The notes: a model not told the origin generated them from the sequence alone. DNA of 48,039 nt from Octopus bimaculoides (GCF_001194135.2 NC_068997.1:11769214-11817252), one strand, 5' to 3'; shown: positions 25,021-37,059, counted from the stretch's first letter. Translations and numbers: made by a program.

Positions 25021-25384
25021 NNNNNNNNNNNNNNNNNNNNNNNNNNNNNNNNNNNNNNNNNNNNNNNNNNNNNNNNNNNNNNNNNNNNNNNNNNNNNNNN
25101 NNNNNNNNNNNNNNNNNNNNNNNNNNNNNNNNNNNNNNNNNNNNNNNNNNNNNNNNNNNNNNNNNNNNNNNNNNNNNNNNNNNNNNNNNNNNNNNNNNNN
25201 NNNNNNNNNNNNNNNNNNNNNNNNNNNNNNNNNNNNNNNNNNNNNNNNNNNNNNNNNNNNNNNNNNNNNNNNNNNNNNNNNNNNNNNNNNNNNNNNNNNN
25301 NNNNNNNNNNNNNNNNNNNNNNNNNNNNNNNNNNNNNNNNNNNNNNNNNNNNNNNNNNNNNNNNNNNNNNNNNNNNNNNNNNNN

Positions 25385-25418
<34 letters not shown>

Positions 25419-26479
25419 AGTGTGTATGTGTGTGTGTGTGTGCGTGCGTATATGTATGTATACATATATACATACATACATACATATATACACCTATATA
25501 TGCATACATATGTACAGACACATCCATACTCATGTACATACATACAGACACATACATAACATTATATATATATATATATTACTTTCTGACCTCTTATGTC
25601 CATAATATCTATCAAACTCTTTCAATCTCACTTTCCCTGCCTCTCACTCTCTCTCTCCCTCTCTTCTACTCTCTCTCTCTCTCTCTCTAATTATCTCACA
25701 CTCTCACATTCTCGCAAAATACATTGATACTCATACATTGATATCTCGATGTATGTAAAAAGAAAACAAATCGTTAATATTGATGTGCATTAGTGTGTGT
25801 AATCATATTCGATGACTTCGGATGTATGTATTGACTCGAATAGCATCGCTGCATATCTTTCTTTCTTCGTGTAAAATACATAATGCAAAATGTATAATCC
25901 ATGGAAACTACGTGGCATGCAGAAACATCGAGATGAAGGCAAGATAGAAATATAAAATATATAGTATCAAACATTGAAAAAAAATAGAGAAACATACGCT
26001 TTAGATATTTATATATTCTATACACTTAAAATTACAATTAAATAAATGGAAAAAGAGATGCACGGGAAAGGTAAATATCTATTGATTGAAAATTGAGATA
26101 TACACAAATGTTGTAAGCTGTAAAAACTGAAGGGTCGTTGAAAGCGAAGACAGTTGAGTGGTTTCCTGAACTAATTGATGTTCATAGTTAAAATCACTTT
26201 GAAGAACACTGTGTAGGAATTATTACAAAGTTCAGTAAAATAATAATATATTGAAGTACTGTCTTTAAGTTGAATCTCTCGATTGTATCTCATTGCTTTG
26301 TATACCGCCACATTTTGTCAAGACTACGGAGTCGTTATTAATAAATGAAAGCTTGTAAGTAGTATATAGATCCTAGCAGATAAGGACATTGATATGTGTG
26401 TGTGTGTGTGTGCGTGTGTGTGTGTGTGTGTATGTGTGTGTGTTTGCTTGTGTATTTGTGCTTGTGTGTGTGTGTATGG

Positions 26480-26535
<56 letters not shown>

Positions 26536-26909
26536 NNNNNNNNNNNNNNNNNNNNNNNNNNNNNNNNNNNNNNNNNNNNNNNNNNNNNNNNNNNNNNNNN
26601 NNNNNNNNNNNNNNNNNNNNNNNNNNNNNNNNNNNNNNNNNNNNNNNNNNNNNNNNNNNNNNNNNNNNNNNNNNNNNNNNNNNNNNNNNNNNNNNNNNNN
26701 NNNNNNTATATACATGCATACATACATACATACATACATACATACATACATACATAGAGACATAAATACATACAGAAGTATAACAAAATACGCAAATTAA
26801 CAATTGTTATCTCTATATAGTTGGTAAAATTTATTGAGTCAAACGTTTTGCAATATTTCGGTAAATTATTTGCTTCATTGGTCTAGTTACACCAGAAGTA
26901 GACTTGCAT

Positions 26910-27109
26910 TCAAAGTAGGCCCAATGTGTAGCAACGTCTGTAGCCACCTTTCTGGAATTTCTTTGATCCCAAGCCGATACAGTTCTTGTCATTTGAGGCG
27001 AAGAAATTCTTGAAGCTACCGACTTCTCTTGGCTGAAGAGGCGTCGCGAGCGTAGGAAGTGAGCAATGGATTGGAACAAGTATGGATATTATGCATACTA
27101 CGTATTGCA
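26910..27109 (-). CDS. Candidate exon of unknown protein
   Basis: Strong acceptor TCTTTATTGTGCAG| at 27109; frame QYVVCIISILVP...NDKNCIGLGSKKFQK is open; a second minus frame is open over 26831-27079; GC-richer island; no recognised homolog. Confidence 0.22.
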
Positions 27110-27342
27110 CTGCACAATAAAGACTTATAATGAAACGATTGTAGTCATGCCGGATAATTCATTCACCTGTTAATATATATATATATATATGTGTGTGTAT
27201 TTTTTCAATGTTTACAAATAACACAGAAAGAAATAATAAATAGTTACGAGGGTAGCAAAAATTCACATAAGTACAAAGGATCTAACGGTAGAAATTCCCG
27301 CTTTAGTGAAATGTTTTTAATTATCATAGATAAATAAATAAA

Positions 27343-27398
27343 TGGAGTAAAACGCAGGTGCTATTCAAATCTTTGAATAACAACTGCGTTTAACTTCA
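27343..27398. repeat. 56-nt hairpin (27 bp arms)
   Basis: TGGAGTAAAACGCAGGTGCTATTCAAA-TC-TTTGAATAACAACTGCGTTTAACTTCA; 24 of 27 positions pair, including one G-U. Confidence 0.85.
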
Positions 27399-28519
27399 TA
27401 TNNNNNNNNNNATATAATGAAGGGAAAGATGTGATAAGGAAATCATGTATACACTGGGTATTAACAATACGTATTTCATTTGAAATACACTGTCGTTTTC
27501 AGTGACGTTTACCAATAAATGTGTTCCGATGCTGGGTTCGATATGTTATGATTTTAAGGCCGGGTTAGTACCATTTCGCATTGATTTCTCACCTTCTGAG
27601 AAATTTCAATTTCCTCAAACATTCCCTCTGCATTGTATAGAATATGTGTTCATTATGACCAAAGAAAAAAACAACAAACAAGTATAAAGTGTCACAGATC
27701 CGAATCTAAGGAATGGAAAGATGTAAGACATTTTGTATAAATTGAACAAGAATATTTATATGTTGATTGAGGTATGTTGGGTTTGAATATTCATCCAAAC
27801 ATCGAATCAATACCACACAATTGTATTTGGCAGTAACTCTAAAAATGTAAATAGATTCAATACTTTCACACTTTCTATCTGGAAATATCTTTGGAGAATT
27901 AAGGCATTATGATTAAAATAGTGCCCCGGAGCAATTTTATTCACACTAACATAGAAATATTTCACGCCAAAACCATTCATCAAACATTTAACAATTTTAG
28001 CCTTAAAATAATCAAGTAATTAGTTTTAATTTACATACAGATGAGCAAAATGTTTTTAAAATTTACGAGCCAGAAAAGTGAGAAGAGAGCTGTAAAAATA
28101 ATACCATAACCACTAAAAATTGTATTTTCCTGTGGGAAGTAAATCAATTTCAGTCGACTCCACAACAGGATTTAGTTAATAGCCTACAACATTTTGCACT
28201 TCAACTATATTTGTTCGACTTAAAAGGAGCACAGTGTGTGACAGATGACGGCTAATATAATATATTATGTTCCTGGCATCATATAATCTTCCTTCGTGAT
28301 GTATCACTTTCCAGTAAATATTGAATATTGGTTGTAGAGCCATTCCGTAGAGTTGTACGAAAAGACATCAGTAATTCGTTTGGATTTAATTTATTTCATA
28401 ACATTCACCTTCTAATGTTGTTCAAATTGAGAAGTTGCTAGAGAATGAGAATGTTCAACTGAACTACTCCAGGATACAAGAGACATAAACGTACAATTCA
28501 ACAGATGAAAAATAGACTA

Positions 28520-29230
28520 CGAGGTGTTATCAAAAAGTTCCAGGAAGAGTTATGTAACACACCAGTAGATGGCAGCACACGGCTGTGTGCAGAATGAGAG
28601 GCAACAATGACCTTCACGAGATAGTGTGCCGAGTGACATTAGTGTATCTATTTTGCAAGTTGTGAAATTTGTGTTTTCTGTTCACGTGTATACTGAATTC
28701 TGCTATTTTTTTTTTCATGGACAGGACGCTGGAAGAAAGACCCGAGGTGAAAGTTTGCGTTAAACTTGAGAAGTCTGCTACAGAGACAGTAAGTATACTT
28801 CGGCAAGCTTACGGCGACGAGGCAACGGCTCGTACACCATGTTTCGAATGACATCGGCGCTTCAAATTCCGCAGCTCAATCAAAAGCATGCTCACCTTTT
28901 TTCCGACGTCCGCGGCATTGTGCATCGATAAATCTTCCTCCAGAGCCAATCGAGAGTGTTACTGAGACGTTTTGAAGCGTACGAGACAGGACATTCGGCG
29001 AAAGCGACCGGACTTTTGGAGCGTAAAAAATTGGATTCTTCATGATGACAATGCAGTCTGTCACTCATGCGTTTCTCACCAAAAACAGCATTGTATCGCT
29101 CCCGCTCCCACCCTCTTTGCCAGATTTGGCCCCTACGGACTTCCATCGCTTGGCGAAGATGAAAAGGCAGCTCAAAGGTCGCCGTTTTAACACCATTGTC
29201 GAAATCTAGAGCAAATCGCAGTGGCATACT
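28520..29230 (+). mobile_element. Mariner element with internal deletion, 3'-truncated, transposase pseudogene
   Basis: TA then TIR-like CGAGGTGTTATCAAAAAGTTCC; MDRTLEERPEVKVCVKLEKSATET..LRQAYGDEA..R..CFE*HRRFK joined to IKSML.FFDVRGIVH, RRKRPDFW..WILHDDNA and PDLAPTDF...KMKRQLKGRRF. Confidence 0.92.
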
Positions 29231-30756
29231 GGAGATTTAGGGCGTGTGAAGAATACTTAAAATATATATATAATACAGTTACTGCAATCTTTACGGGAAA
29301 AAACTTTCTCCGGTATTGTAGTAGGTGCTGTGAAAGAAACGTAATATTCCTCCTGACAATTCTCTTTGTTAGAGCTGTTGCATAGATCGGGTCAGAGAAC
29401 TAACTGAATTGGCATATACGTCAAAATTTTAGAACGATGAGACCGTTTCTTAGCAGAAATTGAATATCTGATATCACCATCTTTCATAAAGAAGATATGG
29501 GGAGATATTCATAAATAGCTTTCTGATTTTCAGAAGAGTAAGGGACCATTTAGCTCGTCTTATAATTAAACAAAGAAATATAGTTCACTTGCATTGCTTT
29601 TTCAAAATCCAGATGAAAAGCCTAGTTAAGCTTCATAGAAAACAGTAGCAGTAGAGAATACGTGTTGATGTAATCTTAAATAACTAGTAACCAAAAAAAA
29701 AAACGAGAAGAAAAGTAGTATATGTATACTATATCTCAGTTATGTGGAAGTGAAATTCCAGCGTAAAACATAATAAATTAGGTTTTTCTTCATAACTTTT
29801 CAAAGAACTAATCCAAGCCTATATGAATTTCAATCACTAACAATCAGAAAACGAAGCCTAGCAGCAATTTCATTTACAATTTACTTCAAGTGAAATTAAC
29901 TTATTCATTTCTACTTCGTATAGCATCCGCAAGTTGCACAGAATGCATTGGCCATTTTTTTTTCTATCGTTAAGATTGTAATATTCTTTTTGTTAAAATG
30001 GAGGAAAATGCTAAAAATATGATATGTAATTAGGATGGGTAATAATCATGCGTTTCAAAATCACTCGTCGTGGAATCAAGTAGAGTGCCGAAATAGATGA
30101 AGAAGGATATTTAGAAAGAAATAAAGGAACAGAAAAATGTAAATTTTCAAGCTGAAAATTTCTTTTATGTTAGGAATTATTCTAAACTGGAATCAGATGA
30201 ATTCGCTCGTGACAGTGATCATGCAAATTGCAATAGTGTTGGTAGGAGGAAATGATTATATAGCAAATGTTAAAACTCTGATAATAATGAAAACATGAAT
30301 GTGATGTTCATGTAAGAAATTAAGGACGATAGAAATGATTGTATCAAGATAGCTGACGATGCGGCTTCAATCAATTAATTATTGACAGGCTAATCTCTAA
30401 TCTGCTGATATATAACATGCTTTCTATTGTGTTTTTGACAAAGATCACCTTAGAAACGATATCTAAGAGAACCTGGAATGTGTGAATAGATGAAGGGTAT
30501 CTATAATTAAAGAAGTAATAAAGATTGAAAATATAAGAGAAATCGAGAAGTAAATTACAATTTCAAAAGAACGATACATGCTTCAATCCATAATAGAATT
30601 ATCTAAATGAATAAATTAAATTAACATAAAATAATGACGAATTGATTTTGAAATACCTTTTCTCATAAATAATAACTGTCGCTTTGAAATATTTGTTAAG
30701 AGCAACTAACCTATTGTGGTGTCGATTAAGCTAAATATTCAGTACGATTTTGTGCG

Positions 30757-30760
<4 letters not shown>

Positions 30761-30832
<72 letters not shown>

Positions 30833-30857
30833 GTTGTTGTTATTATTATTATTATTA

Positions 30858-30889
<32 letters not shown>

Positions 30890-30935
30890 GTTGTTATTAT
30901 TATTGTTATTATTATTATTATTACTATTATTATTA

Positions 30936-30982
<47 letters not shown>

Positions 30983-30988
30983 GTTATT
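30761..30988. repeat. (ATT)n microsatellite with GTT variants
   Basis: Directly visible. Confidence 0.97.
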
Positions 30989-32290
30989 GCATCAATATTT
31001 CAACATCTATAGACAATTAAGTTTCGTACTTCTCTCCCTGTTCTCTGAAACGGTTCAATCCACTACACTTCTCTTTTATCAAACCTTCACACTGATACAC
31101 TAGGCACGACGAATGTTCCGGGTTTCTGTATTTAGTTTTCACGCATAAACAAACCAAATAGATATATGCACAGGCATAGACACAGAGGTGGATACACATA
31201 CACACTCACATATATACATATAATATACAAATACAATACACACATAGATATATATTTAATTTCTTTGCCTTGTATATATGCTTGCGTGTACGAATCTTTC
31301 TGTCTATATATTTATATATGTGTGTGCTTGAAGATAAAATGGAGAATTTATATTTTTTATTCCAAATGAGGCTCATCTCCATAAATGTTCAGATATATGT
31401 ATGTGTAGCATGGAGATGTTCTAGCATTGCGTANNNNNNNNNNNNNNNNNNNNNNNNNNNNNNNNNNNNNNNNNNNNNNNNNNNNNNNNNNNNNNNNNNN
31501 NNNNNNNNNNNNNNNNNNNNNNNNNNNNNNNNNNNNNNNNNNNNNNNNNNNNNNNNNNNNNNNNNNNNNNNNNNNNNNNNNNNNNNNNNNNNNNNNNNNN
31601 NNNNNNNNNNNNNNNNNNNNNNNNNNNNNNNNNNNNNNNNNNNNNNNNNNNNNNNNNNNNNNNNNNNNNNNNNNNNNNNNNNNNNNNNNNNNNNNNNNNN
31701 NNNNNNNNNNNNNNNNNNNNNNNNNNNNNNNNNNNNNNNNNNNNNNNNNNNNNNNNNNNNNNNNNNNNNNNNNNNNNNNNNNATACATACATATATATAT
31801 GTGTGTGTATATATATTTTCATTTTATCTTATTCATTTATTTATTTTTTAAATTGTCAATTGGCAGGAGTGGCTGTGTACTAAATAGGTTGCTTACACTT
31901 GACTTTCGGTCTTGCGCGTTGGCTACTTCCTGTAGGATCCGAGGAGCAGAGTGGACGGGTGTTTTTCAACTCCGTCCAACACTGAACTATTGAGAAGTCA
32001 GCCGAGGTAGGTGGAAAAAATTAGACAAACCAGATTAGTGAGCTAGTGAAGCAGCATTTGACATGAGGTAATAATCAACATGTGCTGTGAATCCCTGAAG
32101 AGAGCAATTAAATATGAGTCAATAGCATTTTTAAAAAGCCCTAGTGTTAGATAGCAATAGATTAGAGGCATAACTAGTTAGTAAACTAAGAGAGAGGCAT
32201 ACCGTGGCTACTGGTGTGCAGAAACGCACTGAGGTTACGCTACTTAAATATTTTCCACTACAGTCAGCTGGTATGATCTTCATTTTGTAG

Positions 32291-32545
32291 ATCATCTCTT
32301 TGCTCATCTCTTTAATGGATTTGCAGTACTGGGTTACGAAAACACCAGGATTGATCGTCTGGCACCTTGAATATCATCAGGCGCTCACTGCTCTCTATCA
32401 GTCCGGCAATACAGTCAGTGAACGTTCTGTAGCAGTAGATACGGGGTTTGTATGGTTTGGTAAGGGGTACAACGACCTCACGGAAACTATAGGCGTCAAG
32501 GAGGATAAAGTAGCGGGTGTGTCTCGGCGGCAGGTTTTCCTGTAA
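32291..32545. CDS. Coding-like island, strand unresolved
   Basis: Codon-complementary frames are open on both strands (plus 32291-32545, minus 32312-32539). Plus has CATTTTGTAG| acceptor and G|GTAAGG donor (32459); minus has CCCTCGTGTTACAG| acceptor. No recognised homolog. Confidence 0.3.
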
Positions 32546-32947
32546 CACGAGGGCTGCATCACATACGTTCAGATGCGTAATATGCTATATCTAACTGTAT
32601 CTCATTTCACATCATTATGTGACGTATATACATCATTTTTAATGAGTGCAATATATTTGTATGAGAAATCAATTACCAAAATCAGTAGGGGATATGGTGA
32701 TTTATCGACCTCTTAGCTCTGAAATGCAAACTCAACATTGCGAGTAGAATACTGCATGCAATTTCATGTAACCAGCATATGCGAAGTGTGTTATATGGCA
32801 GTTTAATTACTCTGCTAATACACAGTCTATATACAAATTTATAATCGTAAAATGTGATTAGATATTTATTTGTTCGAGAAAATATCTGAATTATTAAGTG
32901 AAATATCTGCTGCAATGTAATTTTCCACATGGAATCACTTGTATATG

Positions 32948-33084
32948 CAAATACACACACACACCTGCACACACACACACACATACACACACACACACAC
33001 ACACCTGCACACACATACACACACAAACATACACACGTACATGCACACACACGCACGCATGTACACACACAGAGTCATGTATAT

Positions 33085-33126
<42 letters not shown>
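32948..33126. repeat. (CA)n and (GA)n microsatellites
   Basis: Directly visible. Confidence 0.95.
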
Positions 33127-33132
<6 letters not shown>

Positions 33133-33136
33133 AATG

Positions 33137-33351
33137 TTACTAATAGTGACTCAAGGTGCACTGTAGCACCTACATTACTATAAATAATACCCAAAACACT
33201 TATAACCATATACATAACACTAGTCTTTGTATCGACACAGGTTAAATCCTCTGTCAGTACACAGATTTGTATTCTTTGTAAATGTACAGGTCTTTGACTC
33301 TTATTTCTAGCAATGTATGTGCTATAATGCACCTTCTGTCACTATTAGCAG
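33137..33351. mobile_element. MITE-like foldback (about 50 bp inverted arms)
   Basis: 33137-33187 TTACTAATAGTGACTCAAGGTGCACTGTAGCACCTACATTACTATAAATAA versus reverse complement of 33301-33351 (CTGCTAATAGTGACAGAAGGTGCATTATAGCACATACATTGCTAGAAATAA). Confidence 0.8.
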
Positions 33352-33354
33352 TTT

Positions 33355-33588
33355 CTATAGCGTATGCCCCCCCCCACCCATGTGGACGGATGCCAGTCCA
33401 TCGCAGCGTTACTCAAGAAACAGGAAGAAAGTAAGAGTAAGTGGCGGTGAAGAGTACCAGCCCCTGCCGGAGACTCATGGAGCTTTAAGTGTTTTCGCTC
33501 AATAGACACACACAACGCCCGGTTTGGGAATCGAAATCGCAATCCTCCGACCGCGAGTCCGCTTCCCTAACCACTGGGCCATTGCGCC
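33355..33588 (-). mobile_element. tRNA-headed SINE: type B head with a different 3' module
   Basis: A-box TGGCCCAGTGG and B-box-like ATTTCGATTCC; shares sequence with the 24 kb copy up to CTTCCTGTTTCT, then continues GCTGCGATGGACTGGCATCCGTCCA. Confidence 0.88.
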
Positions 33589-34488
33589 TTCACTTAGAGA
33601 TAGGTATTATACAGAAATGTATTTACTGAAAGAGAAGTCCATATCGAACTCTCCTGTTTTCGGTTGTATTAATATTAACTATATTAACGACCACTGACGC
33701 AATCTCTTGTATTTTCAGCCATTGGTCATTTTTTTTTTATTTGAGAAAATATATCTGTATATCATTCTTCATATAAGTTTTGTATTGTAAAAGCTGTAGT
33801 ATATGCGATATTCTAAAAGATCTCACTTCATAATTGATTAAATGCTCTAAACTTGGGGCAATAACATCAAAATCTGCCGAAACTAATTAAACTTTTGCAC
33901 CTCGTCTCTCGCATTATAATATATTTCTTCATGTGATCCTACAAAATCTGAATCGCCGACAGATATGAAAACTTTAGTGTTGGAACTACGATAATGATAA
34001 TACTTTTAACAGAATTTCTCTATAATTAGAGCTCCTTGATGCTATCTCGGTTTTATTTAATTTAACATTTATATATCTTCAGAGAAATTGGGTATATTTC
34101 GGCATATACGAATCTAAAAACATTAAAGATGAAAATGGAAAAAGATGTAAAGAGAAAGAATTTTGCGTTCAGTTAATCCAGCATGATAAATGAAGAGCAA
34201 AAGTGAATCGCAGAGAAATATGTGAGATGATTCTTGTTATCTTTTTTTTTTTTTTTCGGTAGCCAAGTGAATGAATTAGGTGAGATAAGTTATATGTGCG
34301 TTGTGAATGTGTTTGCACGTGTGCGAACGGGCAGAGAAAATATGTGTGTATAGTTGTGTACATCTGAAAGTTGTGTTTGTGTGAGTAAGTGTATATGCTT
34401 TTGTGACTAATGAAGATACAAAATGAAGCAAAATGGGTTTTTTAAGAACGTCATGCATGTTTTGGCGATGGGTAGTGTCTGAGTGTGC

Positions 34489-34531
<43 letters not shown>

Positions 34532-34808
34532 TGTGTATGCATGAATGTGTGTTAGCAACGACTGGATAAGCAGGTAGGCTGAAAGTGTAGTGTGTATGTG
34601 CGATGCGTATGAATGCGTCCATACTGAATTGGTAGTTGGAGTTCACAGATGATGTTTACTGGTAAATGAGCGTATTTGGAGGAGGCAATGTCACTGAGAC
34701 GGAAATTACGAGCTGGTCATGTTGCAAGCGGATCCATAACGTAAAACAGCTCAAAAACCGGTGAGCAGCAAGTAATTCTGCCCACGATAATGGAAAGTAT
34801 GAGATATA

Positions 34809-36104
34809 TTGGGTCATCCCATAAATAATGCGTTTTAGTTTTTTCAATTGCATTAACTAAAAGTCGGAGGAGGACGGTATAAACTACCTGCATCAACTTG
34901 CTATAAAATCATGTTGTAATTTTACCTTGTACTTATTCTTAGTGCAAGTTTTGAAGAGTGCTCTTCGATTTTAATAGTTATATTTTCAAAGCTATAATGG
35001 AAATGACAAAGGAGCATATTCGGCATATTTTGCTTTATGAGTTCAATAAAGGCAACAACGCTACGGAAAGTGCGAGGGATATTAATGCAGTATATGGGGA
35101 TCGGACAATAAGCGTACGCGAGTGTCAATGGTGATTCCAGAAGTTTCGAGCCGGAAACTACAGCCTGGAAGATGAGCCTCGTCCTGGAAGTTCTATAGAG
35201 CTTGATGAGGACGTCCTGCTAAACCTGGTGGAACAAAATTCCATCGTAACTGTTGAAGAACTATCAGAGAAGCTTTGATTTGGTTATTCAACCATTCATC
35301 GACACCTGCGTGTCATCGGAAACGTCATCAAATTCGGTCAATGAGTTCCTCACAAACTTTCCGAGTCCTGTCGCATGTAGGGAATGGACGTGTGCTTTTC
35401 TTTGCTTTCACGTCTCACGGATGAACCATTTTTGGAGCGAATAGTGATCGGTGATGAGAAATGGGTTCTCTAAAAAAAATCATTCAAGCGCCGAAGGCAG
35501 TGGATGGGGCGAGGAGAGACACTGGTACCCTTCGTTAAATAAGGTTTTCACCTACGGAAGGTGCTGTTATCTCTTTGGTGGGATATGAAAGGTTTAGTCT
35601 ACATTGAACTTTTAAACCCAAACCAAACGATAACAAATGATATCTACTGCGAGCAGCTTGCGTGGCTTAAGTCAGTACTACAAGAAAAATGACCATGTTT
35701 GGTTTCAAGTCGAAAGGTATTCTTTCATCAGGATAATGCTCGGCCACATACACTGAGGATGACTTTCCAAAGGCTGGAGCAATTTGAATGGGAAACGATT
35801 CCCCAACCACTATATTCACTGAACATTGCCCCGACTGATTACCATTTATTCCACAGATTACAAAATCATTTGAACGGAGAAATATGAATTCTGTAGATGA
35901 GGTCAGAACAGTACTGGAAGAGCATTTTTCGTCACGGACAAGTGAATTTTGCAAGAGGGGCCATGAAAGTCTACCCGATACATGGAAGAGAATTGCAGAA
36001 AATGAAGGAGAGTATATTTTAGATTAAAAAAGAACTTTGTTTATCGTAATTTTGAAAAATAAAACGAGTGTAAAAAAAGCCGCATAATTTATGGGATGAC
36101 CTAA
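34809..36104 (+). mobile_element. Full-length mariner (DD34D) with TIRs and TA TSD; transposase pseudogene about 34997-36027
   Basis: TIRs TTGGGTCATCCCATAAATAATGCG (34809-34832) and CGCATAATTTATGGGATGACCTAA (36081-36104) flanked by TA. MEMTKEHIRHILLYEFNKG..., *VPHKL, IVIGDEKWV, FFHQDNARPH, YSLNIAPTDY; 34 residues between the 2nd and 3rd Asp. Several stops and frameshifts. Confidence 0.97.
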
Positions 36105-36106
36105 TA

Positions 36107-36300
36107 TTTGCAGATTGGTGAGATCTGGTGTAGATGCATCGGACGGCCAAGATGTGTTCTCCGAATTGATCTGACAATCTGCAACCAGTTTTTCCCATAT
36201 ACTGCGATCTGTATCTCAACACATCATCTAACTTTCATTTATCCGTGTACGATGTTGTCATACATGTATTTCGATATTGTACTCTTATATAAGCTTATAA
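36107..36300 (-). mobile_element. Penelope-like GIY-YIG fragment abutting the mariner
   Basis: Minus frame RYRSQYMGKTGCRLSDQFGEHILAVR matches C...YIGETGRRL.DRF.EHL..V. Confidence 0.7.
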
Positions 36301-36562
36301 CAGATATCCGATTTTTCACTTGACTTGCAGTTCCATTTAGGATCAATAACCACTTTGCATAGGTTGACACACCCACACACCGCTATAACACACCAGCACA
36401 AAGCCGGGTAATTTGTGTGCATTAAGATACAATACTCCCAAATTAGGCGAGACCCGAAAACTACAAATATTCAGTAAAAAAATCTGCTTGATATGGAAAA
36501 GTAAATATCTATAGCCCCACTATCAACTATACAAGAAGGGATCCAATAGCATCCTAGGCTAA

Positions 36563-36762
36563 GGAGGCGAGTTGGTGGAAACGTTAGCACACCGGGCGAA
36601 ATTCTTAGCGGTATTTCGTCTGTCTTTACGTTCTAAGTTCAAATTCCGCCGAGGTCGACTTCGCTCTTTATACTTTGGGGGGTGGATAAATTAAGTACCA
36701 GTTGCATACTGGGGTCAATCTAATCGATTGGCCCCCTTCCCGCAAATTTCGGACCTTGTGCT
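36563..36762 (+). mobile_element. Near full-length SINE type A
   Basis: GGAGGCGAGTTGGTGGAAACGTTAGCACACCGGGCGAAATTCTTAGCGG...AAGTTCAAATTCCGCCGAGGTCGAC...TTAAGTACCAGTTGCATACTGGGGTCAATCTAATCGATTGGCCCC. Confidence 0.9.
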
Positions 36763-37059
36763 TTGAGCTAATACAGATTTTCACATTAATATTCAAGTTG
36801 CATAGCTGTTGATCAAAAAAGAAACGGGACATGAAGGTGTTATAGTTGTCACCAAAGAATGGGCTCAGTCCTCAACTATTCAAAAAGCTTGATCCGTCTA
36901 TGTTTAAAAGTATAAAAGATGGATATTACAATAGTTAAGAGATGTCCGCAGTGAAATCTCTGAAACAAATTAGAGAATATATATGTGTGCATGTGTGTGT
37001 GTATGTGTTTGTGTGTAAATAAATGAATGTGTGTGTGTAATTGTGCTTTTTGTTTCATC

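Noticed and set aside
30400-30480. piggyBac-like FLTKITLETISKRT peptide after an acidic region
   Set aside because: Too short and degenerate; no TTAA/TIR or catalytic motifs found.
26910-32539. Loose resemblance of island peptides (RYFILLD, QYVVCII, KNCIG) to NDNF/FN3 proteins
   Set aside because: Only 3-5 residue matches recalled from memory with inconsistent spacing; not supportable without a profile search.
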